Shown: positions 6,066 through 6,745 of the stretch, piece after piece
Layout: each line of letters starts with the position of its first letter
How positions within the stretch are numbered: position 1 is the first letter of the stretch
IMG/VR virus record: IMGVR_UViG_2675903606_000013
Coordinates: 1-6,745 of that record
DNA from: a virus
Lineage: Duplodnaviria; Heunggongvirae; Uroviricota; Caudoviricetes
Strand: one strand, 5' to 3'
DNA: 6,745 nucleotides
The notes under the pieces: model-generated
The model's input: the letters and a program-made list of their open reading frames with translations, nothing else
What the model was told of the DNA's origin: nothing
Database searches by the model: none
Made by a program: the position numbers and the translations under genes

Positions 6066-6079
6066 TATCTGTGCCGGGA

Positions 6080-6412
6080 ATGAAAATGAAAAGAAATCTT
6101 CCGTTAATTATTTTGTTGTCTTCTCTGGTTATGGGCTGTACGCAACATAAAACAGATATGCCCCGACAGTTGGTGAAGGCATTACCACAATATCCGGCCT
6201 ATGCAGCGGCAAATTATATAAAGGGACGGGTTGATGTGAAGTTTGATATTGGTGCTGATGGTACTGTCACCCGAATTGAGTTTATCCGTTCAGAGCCGCA
6301 CCATCTGTTTGATGAGCAGGTTGTAAAGGCGATGGCAAAATGGCGATTTGAGAAGGACAGGCCGCGTAAAGGCGTGAAGAAAACGTTTATCTTTAGTCCT
6401 TCTGCACCCTGA
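6080..6412 (+). CDS. Lipoprotein consisting of a stand-alone TonB C-terminal domain
   Basis: Signal peptide MKMKRNLPLIILLSSLVMGC with lipobox and Thr at +2. The mature part (LPQYPAYAAANYIKGRVDVKFDIGADGTVTRIEFIRSEPHHLFDEQVVKAMAKWRFEKD...) aligns along its length with the E. coli TonB C-terminal domain as remembered, including the QYP motif. There is no Pro-rich spacer and no N-terminal TM anchor. Alternative starts are the GTG at 6071 and the ATG at 6086. Confidence 0.8.
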   Translation: MKMKRNLPLIILLSSLVMGCTQHKTDMPRQLVKALPQYPAYAAANYIKGRVDVKFDIGADGTVTRIEFIRSEPHHLFDEQVVKAMAKWRFEKDRPRKGVKKTFIFSPSAP

Positions 6413-6543
6413 TTATTTCATCAGAAATTAATTATCACTCTGTTGTTATTCTGTACATCCCGGCTGGGTAAGTCTTGTTCCGCCGGGTATGAAGATGAAA
6501 TATTGTTGGAGGACAGTGGGTACCTGCTCCTGTAACCGAACGT

Positions 6544-6744
6544 TCATTTCTCGTTATTTGTCATGCTGGCCGTACGCAGATGCGTTGCATCTGTTGCCAG
6601 CCTTCTCCTGCAGGCTTCAATAACCCACGCTGAAAAGTTACCGGAACCTTTATGTTCAAGGGCGATGTTGATCTGTTCAATCATGTGATTGGGGAAACGG
6701 ATATTGCGGGTTGTGGTTCTGCGGGTCCGGTTTTTCGATGACAT
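6544..6744 (-). CDS. Small ribbon-helix-helix-like DNA-binding protein (possibly YlcI/YnfO-type); 5' end may lie beyond the window
   Basis: Minus-strand ORF of 66 aa from the first in-window Met. The segment NIRFPNHMIEQINIALEHKGSGNFSAWVIEACRRRL has a strand-helix-loop-helix pattern typical of RHH proteins. Its position before the expected terminase genes matches small prophage ORFs of the YlcI/YnfO type, but this is from memory only. Confidence 0.55.
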   Translation of the reverse strand: MSSKNRTRRTTTRNIRFPNHMIEQINIALEHKGSGNFSAWVIEACRRRLATDATHLRTASMTNNEK

Positions 6745-6745
6745 A

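Larger units (their letters stand above)
1..6745 (+). mobile_element. Lambdoid prophage late/lysis region (partial; continues beyond both window edges)
   Basis: Gene order tRNA cluster - NanS-p esterase - pinholin - SAR endolysin - Rz/Rz1 - cargo genes, all on the + strand, is the characteristic late-operon layout of 933W/phage-21-type lambdoid phages. No integrase or att site is in the window. Confidence 0.85.

Noticed and set aside
5708-6150. Track ORFs 5708..5977 and 5944..6150 in the gap before the lipoprotein gene
   Set aside because: No RBS, and Arg/Cys-rich composition typical of GC-rich non-coding frames. ORF 5944..6150 overlaps the promoter and signal-peptide region of the lipoprotein gene in another frame.
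1-6745. CRISPR arrays, IS elements or transposase genes, integrase or att sites, rRNA
   Set aside because: No regularly spaced direct repeats, no terminal inverted repeats flanking a transposase-like ORF, and no ORF with integrase or transposase signatures were seen.

Overview
This window is the rightward-transcribed late/lysis region of a lambdoid (Stx-phage/933W-like) prophage from an E. coli-type genome. All homology calls come from reading the translated ORFs against remembered family signatures; no database search or folding program was run. Order of content: (1) three phage-borne tRNAs (Ile2-like CAU, Arg-UCG, Arg-UCU) followed by an intrinsic terminator; (2) about 500 bp of non-coding DNA with two convergent terminators, at the position where Stx phages carry stxAB, with no toxin gene present; (3) a 653-aa NanS-p-type sialate O-acetylesterase; (4) two small ORFs of unknown function; (5) a phage-21-type lysis cassette (S21-like pinholin, SAR endolysin, Rz/Rz1 spanins with Rz1 embedded in Rz) that is interrupted twice by extra genes; (6) a cargo region downstream of Rz with a small Cys-containing ORF coupled to Rz and a lipoprotein consisting only of a TonB C-terminal domain, preceded by a promoter-like element with a perfect palindrome; (7) a minus-strand ribbon-helix-helix-like small ORF that runs off the right edge. 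The most interesting candidate is the TonB C-domain lipoprotein, a possible decoy against TonB-dependent phages or colicins. No CRISPR array, IS element, rRNA or integrase is visible.
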